From: Desulfovibrio sp.
GTDB lineage: Bacteria; Desulfobacterota; Desulfovibrionia; Desulfovibrionales; Desulfovibrionaceae
NCBI GenBank assembly: GCA_031550225.1
Contig: JAVBOT010000004.1
Location: 6,107-70,106 of the forward strand
Length of the DNA: 64,000 nucleotides
Direction of reading: 5' to 3'
How positions within the stretch are numbered: position 1 is the stretch's first letter; every line of letters starts with the position of its first letter. A program made the position numbers and the translations under genes. The notes beneath the pieces are model-generated. The model did no database searches, was not told where the DNA came from, and saw nothing but the letters and a program-made list of their open reading frames with translations. Below are positions 8,853 to 17,626 of the stretch, piece by piece.

Positions 8853-9701
8853 TTAGGAGGCTAAAAAAGGGCAAAAGGCCAGAGCTTCAGAGCTTAAGGG
8901 GGCATTTTCACCGCTGCCCGCGTATAGTTGCAGAGGCGGTTCCGGGGCGGGGGGAGGGAGATCTCCTTTTTCAGGCAGGACGCGTTTGGCCTGGACAAGA
9001 AGACGCAAAGGGGCTTTTTGCGGCCGGGTTTGTACCGGCAACATGCGCACAGGGGTAAACGAGGATGCGCTAAGCGCTTCCAGCAATCGTTTTTGCCGCT
9101 GCGCCGGATAAAGAATACCGAAGCTTCCCCCGGGCGCAAGCGCTCTGGCCGCGCAAGCGCAAAAAAGCTCCAGGGTGTTGTGTTCTTCAAACAGAGCGGC
9201 GCGCCGGAGCGGATTTTGCGGAAGCCTGCCGCGGCCGGGCTCCCGGAAGGGAGGGTTGGCCAGGATAAGGTCAAAGCGCGCCGTGGAGAAACTGCCCGCG
9301 CGCTTTTCCCAGGGGGAGGAGGCTTTTGCTTCCAAGGCTCCGGCAAAGGCCTCGGCGTCGGACAGATCCGCCTGTGCCAAGGTAAAGCGATCCGCAAAAC
9401 CGAGGCGAAGGGCGTTTTGCCGGGCAGCCTTGAGCAGCGCCGCTTCTTTGTCTATGCCGTGCGCCTGTACTGAAGGGTGCATGCATAACACGGCAAGGGC
9501 CACAACGCCGCATCCTGTGCCAAGATCAAGGAGGAGGGTTTTGCGCTCCGGCTTTATAAAGGCGGCGAGGAGCAAAGAATCGGCCGCAAAGCGAAAGGAG
9601 CCGGGCGGCTGAAAAAGCGCGCGCGGAAAAAGCGCCCTGGCGGCCTGGACTTCGGCGGATGCAGGCGGCTGGGCTGTCTCAAAGAGTGGGTTTTCCGGCA
9701 T
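8853..9701 (-). CDS. tRNA1(Val) A37 N6-methyltransferase-like SAM-dependent methyltransferase
   Basis: FQP..SFRFAADSLLLA, LDLGTGCGV and DLILANPPF motifs. Start trimmed to MPENP. Confidence 0.82.
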   Translation of the reverse strand: MPENPLFETAQPPASAEVQAARALFPRALFQPPGSFRFAADSLLLAAFIKPERKTLLLDLGTGCGVVALAVLCMHPSVQAHGIDKEAALLKAARQNALRLGFADRFTLAQADLSDAEAFAGALEAKASSPWEKRAGSFSTARFDLILANPPFREPGRGRLPQNPLRRAALFEEHNTLELFCACAARALAPGGSFGILYPAQRQKRLLEALSASSFTPVRMLPVQTRPQKAPLRLLVQAKRVLPEKGDLPPPAPEPPLQLYAGSGENAPLSSEALAFCPFLAS

Positions 9702-9870
9702 ATGGGCTCTGGCTGCGCCAGGTAAATATAGACAAGTCTTTATAAGGCGATTATCACAATTTCCCCTTTCCCCGCCAGAAATTCTCTGGTATTTTTCATA
9801 CTGGGAGTGTGTGCCGCCTTTGTCGGGAGGGCGGGCGGCTGCCGGTGGGAATCTTTTGGGGGACCTTTGT

Positions 9871-10365
9871 ATGCACCAGAACAGTTCGGCACTCGCCGCG
9901 CCGCGGATCAGCACGCGAGAATACAGCGCGGGGGAGATTATCGGGCAATTTCTTGCCATTTACAATAGTATGGACTTTACATCGGAACTGGAATTTCTCG
10001 GCATCAGCCGTTTTCATGTTTTTCGCCGCCGTAAAGCTCTGCGAGAATTTCGAGCCCTTTGCATTGCCTTATGGGGGCTTGCTCTGGAAAAATCCTTTCC
10101 TAAAGATTCCGCGCAATTTTTTGATGAATTCCGTGCCAGTTCTCCGGTTTTGGCGGGCGACGGCAAAGCGGCCAGGCAAATGCATTCGCGCGTGGCCGCG
10201 TATCGGGATATCTTGGACGAGAAAAAGGACACGGACTTTCTTCCCGTGGCGGGCTACCTTGCCGCGGAGCTTTCCTTGCACGCCGAAGATGTCCGCAGGC
10301 TGCGCCTCAAGCTCTCTTTATTCATGCGTAACTTGTATACGCTGATTTTTGACAAGTTGGTGTGA
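9871..10365 (+). CDS. Hypothetical helical protein
   Basis: Protein-like composition, GGGGA RBS, ends 6 bp before the GT4 gene (operonic). Confidence 0.7.
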   Translation: MHQNSSALAAPRISTREYSAGEIIGQFLAIYNSMDFTSELEFLGISRFHVFRRRKALREFRALCIALWGLALEKSFPKDSAQFFDEFRASSPVLAGDGKAARQMHSRVAAYRDILDEKKDTDFLPVAGYLAAELSLHAEDVRRLRLKLSLFMRNLYTLIFDKLV

Positions 10366-10371
10366 CCCGGC

Positions 10372-11628
10372 ATGCCCGGCGTTTGTTTTTGCAACAGTAA
10401 TATTCCCTGGGGAGGGGGTGAAAACTGGCATTTGAACGCGGCTTTGAGCTTGGCGGCCAGGGGGCGGCGTGTGCTTATGCTATGCCATCCCGAAGGAGAG
10501 CTATACCGGCGCGCGACGCAATACGCGCAGCTTACGGTTATTCCCGAGCGCATAGGACGGCTGTCCTTTCTTGACCCGCTGCTGATGCGCCGTTTAAAAC
10601 GGCTCTTCCGGCAAGAGCGCTTGGATGCGCTGATCATGAACCTGCCGGCGGACTTGAAAACAGCCGGCAGGGCGGCTCGAGCCTGTGCGGTGCGGCATAT
10701 AATCTACCGCAGGGGGAGCGCGCTGCCGGTGCGCGACTCCTTGTTCAACCGCTATCTTTACGGCCGGGTGATCACGCGGCTGATCGTCAACTCCCTAGCC
10801 ACGCAAAACCAGACTTTGGCCAACAATCCCGCGCTGATTCCTCAAGAGCGTATAACGGTGCTCCCCAACGGTGTGGATGTGGCGGCTTTTGATGCGGCCC
10901 TGGCCGCTGCGCAACTTCCCGGGGAATGCGAGCGCACGGGAGAGGGAGCGCCCTTTGTTATCGGCTCCGCCGGCCGGCTCACGCGGCAAAAGGGGCAGCA
11001 TCTTCTCCTGTATCTCGCCAAAAATCTGCAAGAGGCGGGGCTGTCTTTCCGGCTGCTGATCGCGGGCGAGGGGGAGCGGGAGCAGGAGCTTAAGGAGCTG
11101 CGCGCGCGTCTGGGCTTGGAGGAAGAGGTTGTTTTTTACGGCTTTATAGCGGACCTTTCCCCTTTTTGGCGCCGGATAGATTTGTTTGTACTAAGCTCTC
11201 TTTGGGAGGGCTTCGGCAATGTTCTCATCGAAGCCATGCTGGCGGAAAAGCCCGTATTCGCCTTTGCCGTGAGCAATATTCCCGAACTTGTGTTTGAAGG
11301 GCCTGAAGGCAATGGGCAGCTTTTTCCCCTGCCGGAAGAAGAATGGATGCAGTGCCCGGATGCGCGGCGTTTCAAAGTGGAAACGCAAAACAAGGCGGGG
11401 CAGGCGGCAGCCTCAGGGGCCTTTGGGGGCGGCTTTACAGCAGAGGGAGAAGAAGCTCCGCTTGCGCGGGTTTGGGATTCCCCTTCTCTTAAAGACATGG
11501 CTGAAGCAGTGCTTGCATTGGCGCGCAATCATGAGGAAGCGCGGCGCATGGGCCGCGCCGGCCGGGCCTTTGCTCGGCGTTTTTCTCAAGAATCGTGCAT
11601 GGATGTATTGGAAGGACTTTTGCGTTAG
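10372..11628 (+). CDS. Glycosyltransferase family 4 (GT-B)
   Basis: WGGGE, PNGVD, AGRL..QKG and SSLWEGFGNVLIEAM motifs. Confidence 0.92.
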   Translation: MPGVCFCNSNIPWGGGENWHLNAALSLAARGRRVLMLCHPEGELYRRATQYAQLTVIPERIGRLSFLDPLLMRRLKRLFRQERLDALIMNLPADLKTAGRAARACAVRHIIYRRGSALPVRDSLFNRYLYGRVITRLIVNSLATQNQTLANNPALIPQERITVLPNGVDVAAFDAALAAAQLPGECERTGEGAPFVIGSAGRLTRQKGQHLLLYLAKNLQEAGLSFRLLIAGEGEREQELKELRARLGLEEEVVFYGFIADLSPFWRRIDLFVLSSLWEGFGNVLIEAMLAEKPVFAFAVSNIPELVFEGPEGNGQLFPLPEEEWMQCPDARRFKVETQNKAGQAAASGAFGGGFTAEGEEAPLARVWDSPSLKDMAEAVLALARNHEEARRMGRAGRAFARRFSQESCMDVLEGLLR

Positions 11629-11663
11629 AGAATGCCTCCCTAAAAAATGGACTGGCTCGCTCA

Positions 11664-11706
11664 AGCAAAGCGGCGTAAAGAGAAGTCCCCTTTACGCCGC
11701 TTTGCT
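11664..11706. terminator. Perfect 17-bp hairpin between convergent genes
   Basis: AGCAAAGCGGCGTAAAG-9 nt-CTTTACGCCGCTTTGCT; no clear U-tract. Confidence 0.55.
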
Positions 11707-11738
11707 CAGGCTTTCAGCCCGAATGTATGAGGCAGCTC

Positions 11739-11909
11739 CTAAGAATTGGGATTAATAACCCCTGATCCCAGGCGACAGGCCCGGTAAAAGCGTTCATATA
11801 ACGCTGACACGCGAATGGCCGTCCGAGACGAAAGGCCGCATTCGCAAAGCCGGCAATATACATGCAGCGGGTTTAACCGGTGCTGTAAATAGGCTTTAAC
11901 AATGTTCAT
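11739..11909 (-). CDS. Small (56 aa) hypothetical protein with QHRLNPLHVYCRL motif
   Basis: Strong GGGGAGGG RBS. The motif resembles small conserved proteins I recall from deltaproteobacteria (not verified). Confidence 0.7.
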   Translation of the reverse strand: MNIVKAYLQHRLNPLHVYCRLCECGLSSRTAIRVSALYERFYRACRLGSGVINPNS

Positions 11910-12280
11910 TAAGATGCCCTCCCCCGCAAATCCCCCAAAGACTCTCTCGTAATAACCCTTAGGATACGCTCCCAATTATGCACAAAAAGCGAAGCTTTTT
12001 GTGCATAATAAAAGCTATCTATTGAATCTTTCATACAAATTTGCTGTGCTGTTATAATTCTGAATTTACTGGGCGCACTATAGGGGATTTGCCCCCGGCT
12101 GTCCACCCCCGGGGCCTCTCTTTTGTGAAAATTTGACGTAAGACCATACGTTTAGGGGATATTTACAAATGCGTATGCCCTTTGTCCGTTGGCGGCTGCC
12201 GTCTTTTCCGTTCTTTTTCGATCCGAGGCGGCGGCATTTTTTTGCATAAAAGAAGGCTTGCTTGTAGATATGGAAGGGGC

Positions 12281-12297
12281 TAGCAGTTTTCGTGCCA
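12281..12297 (-). promoter_or_regulatory. Candidate sigma54 (-24/-12) promoter
   Basis: Minus strand TGGCACGAAAACTGCTA = TGGCACG-N4-(C)TGCT with exact GG-N10-GC spacing. Confidence 0.65.
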
Positions 12298-12522
12298 CAT
12301 GTGTAAGGAAGGATTGTATAAAAAGAGGGTTCTTTGAAAAGTTGGGGGGGGTGCGCCTTGGTTGCCGCGAGGCAAAAAGGCGGGTTTGTTGTGGCAAGGG
12401 CATACGCGCACGGGCGTAAGGCCGGAGCAAAAAATGGAGCCTGGCGCAATGCCGCGGCGAGAGGAATCATTGCCATATGCCCCGGCGGGTTGCCGGAATA
12501 CGTAATATGCGTTAGTCTTTTT

Positions 12523-12676
12523 TCAGTATTGATTTAAATCGGCCACTGGCCGATTGATGAAGATCGCTTCGCCGAAAAGCGTGGTTTTCGGCTTGCTCGC
12601 GCCGCTGTTAGCGGCGCGTCGGATTGCCGTCCGGCGTTGGAAGTCATTCCCTGATGAAGTATGCTAATGACTTCTG
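12523..12676 (-). repeat. Family A repeat, copy 2
   Basis: Reverse complement aligns with 2318-2473. Confidence 0.85.
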
Positions 12677-12752
12677 GCCTATAACCATGTGCGGCCTTTG
12701 CCGGCGTGTCTTCTTGTTTTTTATGCGCCGCACAGGGGGGATCTGAGTTCAC

Positions 12753-13904
12753 ATGGCTTATTTTCGTTCTTTACCCCAACTGCCGCAGCTTCTTTCGCTG
12801 TTGTCGCGCGAGCACCGCTGGCTTATCCTGATCAATGCCGATCCGGACGCCATGGCCTCAGCCATGGCGCTTAAGCGCATTTTCAGCCACCGCGTGCGCG
12901 ATACGGTCATAGCGAACGTTAATGTCATCACGCGTCCTGATAACCTCGCCATGATTCGCTATACCCATGTGCGGATGCTTCCTTTTCATCCGGCTTTGCC
13001 GATACAGTTCGACCGTTTCGCCCTTGTGGATTCGCAGCCGCACCACCATCCGGTTTTTAAGGATATTCCCTTTTCCATAGTCATTGACCACCACCCGCTG
13101 CCGGAGGCCCGCTCTGCCTTCCCGTATACGGAGATCAAGCCGGAATACGGCGCCACCAGCACCTTGCTTACAGAGCATTTGTACAATTTGGAAATTCAGC
13201 CCGGAAAACTCCTGGCCACGGCGTTACAGTTCGGCATTAAGACCGATACGGCCAGTTTTGAGCGGCATTCCTATGATGTGGACTTACGCGCTTACCAGTA
13301 TTTATCCCGCTATGCGGATCACGCGCTTTTGTCGCGCATCGCCCGCAGCGAGTTCCATAAACGTTGGCTTGAGTTGTTTGCCAAGGCCTGCACCAATATG
13401 TACAGCCTTGGTTCAGGGCAGTACGTTTATGTCGGCAATGTGGATAACCCGGATAGTTTGGTGGTGATAGCGGATTTTTTCATGCGGGTGTATGAAATAC
13501 GCTGGGCTGCCGTGGCCGGGCGCTATGAAGATATGGCGGTGGTCATTTTTCGGGGGGATGGCATTGTCCGTGACGTGGGCGCTTCCGCGGCACAGTCCTT
13601 TGGCGATATAGGCTCGGCCGGCGGGCACAAAGGAATGGCCAGGGCGGAGTTTCCCGTATCCGCGGCAGAGGGCGCGGATTTGGAGATGTTTATCTGGCTG
13701 CGCCTTAAAACGCGCGCGCGCGGCTCTCGCGCCGGAGATGGTTCTGAAACGGGGTCGGGTCGGGGATCACTAGCCGGTGAGTATGATGAAGACACGCTCC
13801 CTAAAGAATACACTCCTGAGGGAACGCAAAATTCTCCTGCCCCTGCAGACGATGCCGCTAGCTCTGAAACGCATGACGTGGATGGACTATACAACACCGT
13901 GTAG
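12753..13904 (+). CDS. DHH/DHHA1-family phosphoesterase (NrnA-like) with acidic low-complexity tail
   Basis: ADPDAMAS, LVDSQ, VIDHH, GIKTDT and SAGGH..A motifs. Confidence 0.9.
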   Translation: MAYFRSLPQLPQLLSLLSREHRWLILINADPDAMASAMALKRIFSHRVRDTVIANVNVITRPDNLAMIRYTHVRMLPFHPALPIQFDRFALVDSQPHHHPVFKDIPFSIVIDHHPLPEARSAFPYTEIKPEYGATSTLLTEHLYNLEIQPGKLLATALQFGIKTDTASFERHSYDVDLRAYQYLSRYADHALLSRIARSEFHKRWLELFAKACTNMYSLGSGQYVYVGNVDNPDSLVVIADFFMRVYEIRWAAVAGRYEDMAVVIFRGDGIVRDVGASAAQSFGDIGSAGGHKGMARAEFPVSAAEGADLEMFIWLRLKTRARGSRAGDGSETGSGRGSLAGEYDEDTLPKEYTPEGTQNSPAPADDAASSETHDVDGLYNTV

Positions 13905-13943
13905 AAGCCGCCTCATGCCCGTGTTGCCCTGCGCGTGCCGCCA

Positions 13944-13995
13944 CAGGCGGGCTTTGCTCTGCGTTAAGCGCAGATTTCAAAATGCATCTGCGCTA
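13944..13995 (+). repeat. Degenerate family B right-end fragment
   Basis: CAGGCGGGCTTTGCTCTGCGTTAAGCG...TCAAAATGCATCTGCGCTA resembles the B core and right TIR. Confidence 0.55.
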
Positions 13996-14517
13996 AAATG
14001 CGCCCTGCGGCGCGGTACGCGCAAACTTTCCCTGACGTTTTTCTTTTTTTCGCCATCCCCAGGGGGGGATTCTTGCCTTGTCCGCCCAGATGCCTTTCTC
14101 GTCGGCTCTGGCGTCTTCTTCCACAGCCAGCCAGGCCGCGCAGCCTTTACAGAAACGTTCGTCCACCCAGGCCAACCCCGCGGCCAGTAAGAGTTCCTGG
14201 AGGCTGTCTCCGCTGTCCGCCTTCAGCACAAGCGCCACAGTGCGGCCAAAGCGATCTTGAGACAACTCCGCCACCAATACTTCTTGGCGCAGCACCGCAC
14301 GGGCGGCAAAGGCGGAGGCTTCTTTACCTTGAGGTTGGCTGTTTTCCGGGCAATCCACTCCAAAAAGGCGCACGGATGTCTCTGGGCCTGTGCCTTGCTT
14401 GCGCACGATTATGCTGTCGCCGTCAATGACCCGTGATACGACGCCCCGCCAGGCAAGGGCTGCTGTTGGAGCGGCAAGGGATAGCGCAATAGATAGAACT
14501 ATTAATATTTGCTTCAT
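13993..14517 (-). CDS. Secreted thermonuclease (SNase-like)
   Basis: Signal peptide (ALA-W), then RVIDGDSI, VRLFGVDCPE..QP.G, DRFGRTVA, LLAAGLAW and AR...KGIW.....PPW.WR. Confidence 0.92.
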   Translation of the reverse strand: MKQILIVLSIALSLAAPTAALAWRGVVSRVIDGDSIIVRKQGTGPETSVRLFGVDCPENSQPQGKEASAFAARAVLRQEVLVAELSQDRFGRTVALVLKADSGDSLQELLLAAGLAWVDERFCKGCAAWLAVEEDARADEKGIWADKARIPPWGWRKKEKRQGKFARTAPQGAF

Positions 14518-14631
14518 AAATATAGAATATACTATGAAGCAATGAAGGGCCAGTCCCCTAAACCATGGAGCACGCAGGCCCGCGGCGCGCTTGTTGAAAT
14601 ACCCGCGGAACAAAAAAAGCTACTCCCCAAT

Positions 14632-14759
14632 GAGAGCAATTTACCATTGAAAATGTATAATTGCTCTGCAAGGATTTGCCTGTAAATCCTTGCTTTGAGA
14701 TTGCCGTAGGCGGGCTTTGCCCGCCGTTAAACGACAAATCTCAAAGGTAATCTGCTCCA
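14632..14759 (+). repeat. Family B MITE-like structured repeat, copy 1 (128 bp)
   Basis: 6 mismatches in 128 nt versus 38030-38157. Imperfect TIRs TAGAGCAATTTACCATTGA / TCAAAGTTAATCTGCTCTA. Confidence 0.9.
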
Positions 14760-14856
14760 ATGGAGAGTAGAGCAGCCATCGCAAAATCACGTTCTCGGCG
14801 AGAATACGAGGTGTGGGCATGCTATCGCTCAAGGCGAAGCGTGCGGGGCTTTCCTT

Positions 14857-15186
14857 TTACAAGCCGAAGCGTAATGCGCGGTCAAGAAGCGCCTTGGTGA
14901 TATTGCGCCTGCCGTCCACTATGAAAAGGATGGACACGTCTTCCTGAATGACACGGTAAATAAGCCGGTGCACGCTCACATGTATTTCCTTGATGCGCTT
15001 GTCCGGGTATTCCGCTAATTCCGGCGGCATATGCCCTCGAAGCGGAAAGGTTCGCAGTGTGCGGAACGCCTCTTCAAAATTACCCCACAGCTCAGCGGCA
15101 ACATCACCGGCATCTTGGGCCAGTAAATAGTCGATGATAGCGGCAATATCATCTTCCGCTGCTTTTGTGATCTGAACGGAAAACAC
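14857..15186 (-). CDS. RelE/ParE-family type II toxin
   Basis: VQITKAAEDDIAAIIDYL...L.TFPLRGH.PPEL...HRLIYRV...V.I..I.DGRR pattern; 3 bp downstream of the antitoxin. Confidence 0.88.
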   Translation of the reverse strand: MFSVQITKAAEDDIAAIIDYLLAQDAGDVAAELWGNFEEAFRTLRTFPLRGHMPPELAEYPDKRIKEIHVSVHRLIYRVIQEDVSILFIVDGRRNITKALLDRALRFGL

Positions 15187-15189
15187 AGG

Positions 15190-15480
15190 CTATTTCCTCT
15201 GCTTTTCCGAACGGGCGGCGAGTTTGGCCTTGATATCGGCGGCAAAGTCTTCCGCTGGTCTCGTTTTTCCTGTCCGAATATCTTCATCGCCAAGAGCAAC
15301 CAGCTTTAAAAAAGCCAGGGTTTCCTGTGTGCGCTGGTATTCTTCCGCGCCCACGAGCACGGCTTTAATTTCGCCGTGCTGGGTGATGCCTAGCGGCTGA
15401 CCAGTCCTGGCTATGTTTTCAAGAATTTCAGCGGCGTGAGCTTTTATGTGGCTGATGGGTTTTACCGCAATCATGCTCAT
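15190..15480 (-). CDS. Phd/YefM-family antitoxin
   Basis: KPISHIKAHAAEIL..I..TGQP..ITQHGE.KAVL....EY; GGAGG RBS. Confidence 0.9.
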   Translation of the reverse strand: MSMIAVKPISHIKAHAAEILENIARTGQPLGITQHGEIKAVLVGAEEYQRTQETLAFLKLVALGDEDIRTGKTRPAEDFAADIKAKLAARSEKQRK

Positions 15481-15585
15481 GCTGACCTCCCGGGCCATTA
15501 ATGGTCTTTTTATGGACTTAATGTCTTCTCCTCAAAATTGCAAGCCCGCGTGATGGTGAAATCACCGAACAATCCTGTACCCCGA

Positions 15586-15621
15586 AAGAAAAAGGGTTAT
15601 GGAATTTGTTCCATAACCCTT
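15586..15621 (-). terminator. Intrinsic terminator after tRNA-Pro
   Basis: 13-bp stem AAGGGTTATGGAA/TTCCATAACCCTT followed by a T-rich run on the minus strand. Confidence 0.8.
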
Positions 15622-15630
15622 CGTAATTTC

Positions 15631-15707
15631 TGGTCGGGATGAGAGGATTCGAACCTCCGGCCTCAGCGTCCCGAACGCTGCGCTCTGCCAAACTGAGCCA
15701 CATCCCG
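15631..15707 (-). tRNA. tRNA-Pro (anticodon CGG)
   Basis: CGGGATGTGGCTCAGTTTGGCAGAGCGCAGCGTTCGGGACGCTGAGGCCGGAGGTTCGAATCCTCTCATCCCGACCA: 77-nt cloverleaf with TTCGAAT loop and encoded CCA. Confidence 0.97.
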
Positions 15708-15720
15708 TTGTAAGGGGTGT

Positions 15721-15749
15721 TTTATATGTCAAGCGCCGACGTCTTGCAA
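15721..15749 (-). promoter_or_regulatory. sigma70 promoter of tRNA-Pro
   Basis: TTGCAA-17 bp-TATAAA ending 14 bp before the tRNA. Confidence 0.6.
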
Positions 15750-16266
15750 GAAAAATCACCGGCAGGCAACGCCTCGTCTGCCAACATGCGCGCCAGGCAG
15801 CATTTTTTGCTCTGGGCGAATGCTATTAAGAGTAGAAACCATCTCACAAACCCCATTCCGCCGCCAAAGCGGTTTGTGGGCGCCCGCTTCGTTTTCGGCG
15901 GAAAAGCCTTCCCATCATAGCGCTGCTGCGCCTTCGCCGTCTTTTCCACCGCTGTCTTGCCGCTGCCGCACACCTCGCGTTCCCGCCGGAAAAGGGATGT
16001 TGAGATGGCTGCTATACCTTCAGCAAAAAAATTCTGATTTTTCGCTTTGGGCAAGGCTTTTATTAAGTGGCAGCTTATGGCGCCTTATTTTTATGGGAAA
16101 ATTTTTTATGATGGAGAAATTATCATATGAAATAATGTGAAAGGCATTGTAAGGGGAATATAAAGCTTTGCGAATGCGGATTCTTTCTTTGTAATGCGCT
16201 CTGCAAAAGCCAGAGCAATCCTCCGGAAGATGTATGAGAATCGTCTTATACTTCTGTGAGGAATAA

Positions 16267-16295
16267 TTGTACTGTTGTTTCTTCCGTGCCATAAT
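16267..16295 (+). promoter_or_regulatory. Candidate sigma70 promoter of the che operon
   Basis: TTGTAC-17 bp-CATAAT with an extended -10 TG, in an AT-rich intergenic region. Confidence 0.45.
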
Positions 16296-16410
16296 GCTCT
16301 CTGTGTGTCACGCGTCTTATGGCCGGGCATGCTATTTTCGGGTCTGGAGAGTGCCGGGCAAAACCGGCCGCCTCTTTGCGGGAACGGGCCAAACTTGTTA
16401 GGAGCAGTGC

Positions 16411-17532
16411 GTGGTTCAAGTTCTTATTGTGGATGACTCCTCCTTTGTAAGGCGTTCTTTGTCTTCTCTTTTGGAGAAAGATCCGGATATCCGGGTTGTG
16501 GGGCTTGCCAGCAATGGGCAAGAGGGTGTGGAGCTTGCCCGTAAACTGGATCCGGACGTCATTACCATGGATGTGGAAATGCCCCGTATGGACGGATTGA
16601 CCGCTCTTAAACATATTATGGCGGAAAATCCCTGCCCGGTGATTATGGTGAGTTCCCTCACCACGGAAGGGGCGGATATCACCTTAAAAGCCATGGATCT
16701 TGGCGCGCTTGATTTTATGCCCAAACTCAGTTCCGGCAGTATGCAGAATGTGGAAGGGCTGGAGAAGGAATTGAGCGGCAAAGTGAAAGCCCTGGCCCGA
16801 CGTAAGGCGTTTATGCGCCTCGTTTTCCGGCGTGAAAGGGAAAAGGATCCCTTGGTTGCGAAGAAAAGCGGTCCTGATGCAGGCTGTACGGGGAACCCCG
16901 GCAATACGCTTTCGGCCAAACCTCAGCCTAAGAGAACGGCGGGTTTACGGACGATTTTTGACGTTGTGGCCATTGGGGTTTCCACAGGCGGGCCGCCGGC
17001 GGTACAAAAAGTGCTTTCCTGTTTGCCCGGGAATTTTCCTGTGCCCATACTCATTGCTCAGCATATGCCGGCCAGCTTCACCGGGCCTTTTGCCAAGCGT
17101 TTAGACGGCCAGTGCGCGATTTCGGTCAAAGAAGCCAGCAATCAGGAGCCTTTGCGCGCGGGTACTGTGTATATTTGCCCCGGAGGCAAGCATTTGCGCT
17201 TGGAAAAAAGCAAGGCCGGGCTATTGGTGGCCGGAGTGAGCGAAGAGCCCAAAGATGCGCTGTACAAACCGTCGGCCAACGAGCTTATGGGCAGTGTGGG
17301 GATGCTGCTTGGGCGCAGAGGGCTTGGGGTGACCTTAACGGGTATGGGCAACGACGGCCTTATCGGGACAAAACTGCTTAAAGAAAAAGGCGGATGGGCC
17401 ATAGCGCAAAATGAAAGCAGTTGCGTTGTGTACGGTATGCCTAAGGCTGTGGTTGATGCGGGCCTTGCGGACGAGGTTGTGGATCTCTCCGACATGGCTA
17501 ACGCCATTATGGCCCATTTTACAATAAAATGA
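16411..17532 (+). CDS. cheB: Chemotaxis response regulator / glutamate methylesterase CheB
   Basis: REC domain (VDDS, MDVEMP) plus methylesterase motifs GVSTGGP, QHMP, LTGMGNDG and VVYGMP. Confidence 0.97.
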   Translation: MVQVLIVDDSSFVRRSLSSLLEKDPDIRVVGLASNGQEGVELARKLDPDVITMDVEMPRMDGLTALKHIMAENPCPVIMVSSLTTEGADITLKAMDLGALDFMPKLSSGSMQNVEGLEKELSGKVKALARRKAFMRLVFRREREKDPLVAKKSGPDAGCTGNPGNTLSAKPQPKRTAGLRTIFDVVAIGVSTGGPPAVQKVLSCLPGNFPVPILIAQHMPASFTGPFAKRLDGQCAISVKEASNQEPLRAGTVYICPGGKHLRLEKSKAGLLVAGVSEEPKDALYKPSANELMGSVGMLLGRRGLGVTLTGMGNDGLIGTKLLKEKGGWAIAQNESSCVVYGMPKAVVDAGLADEVVDLSDMANAIMAHFTIK

Positions 17533-17626
17533 CGCCCCTCTTGTCGGGGATGCATAACCGTTCCGGGTTGGCGCCGACATCATCAGACCGGAACATGGAC
17601 CGCAGGTTTTTTGATGGAGAGCATTT

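Noticed and set aside
12130-12230. c-di-GMP-I riboswitch in the long leader
   Set aside because: Only fragmentary resemblance; the GNRA tetraloop/receptor and P1-P2 arrangement could not be built.
14647-14661. TTGAAA/TATAAT in the family B hairpin as a complete sigma70 promoter or Fur box
   Set aside because: The two hexamers are only 3 bp apart, TATAAT is mutated in copy 2, and the Fur similarity is partial.
14641-14832. Short ORFs running through repeats (also 2228-2461, 12534-12752, 38115-38309, 41597-41944)
   Set aside because: They are translations of non-coding repeats without RBS or recognisable protein features.
13900-15631. Intact prophage or ICE at tRNA-Pro
   Set aside because: No integrase, no structural genes and no duplicated att sequence were found.
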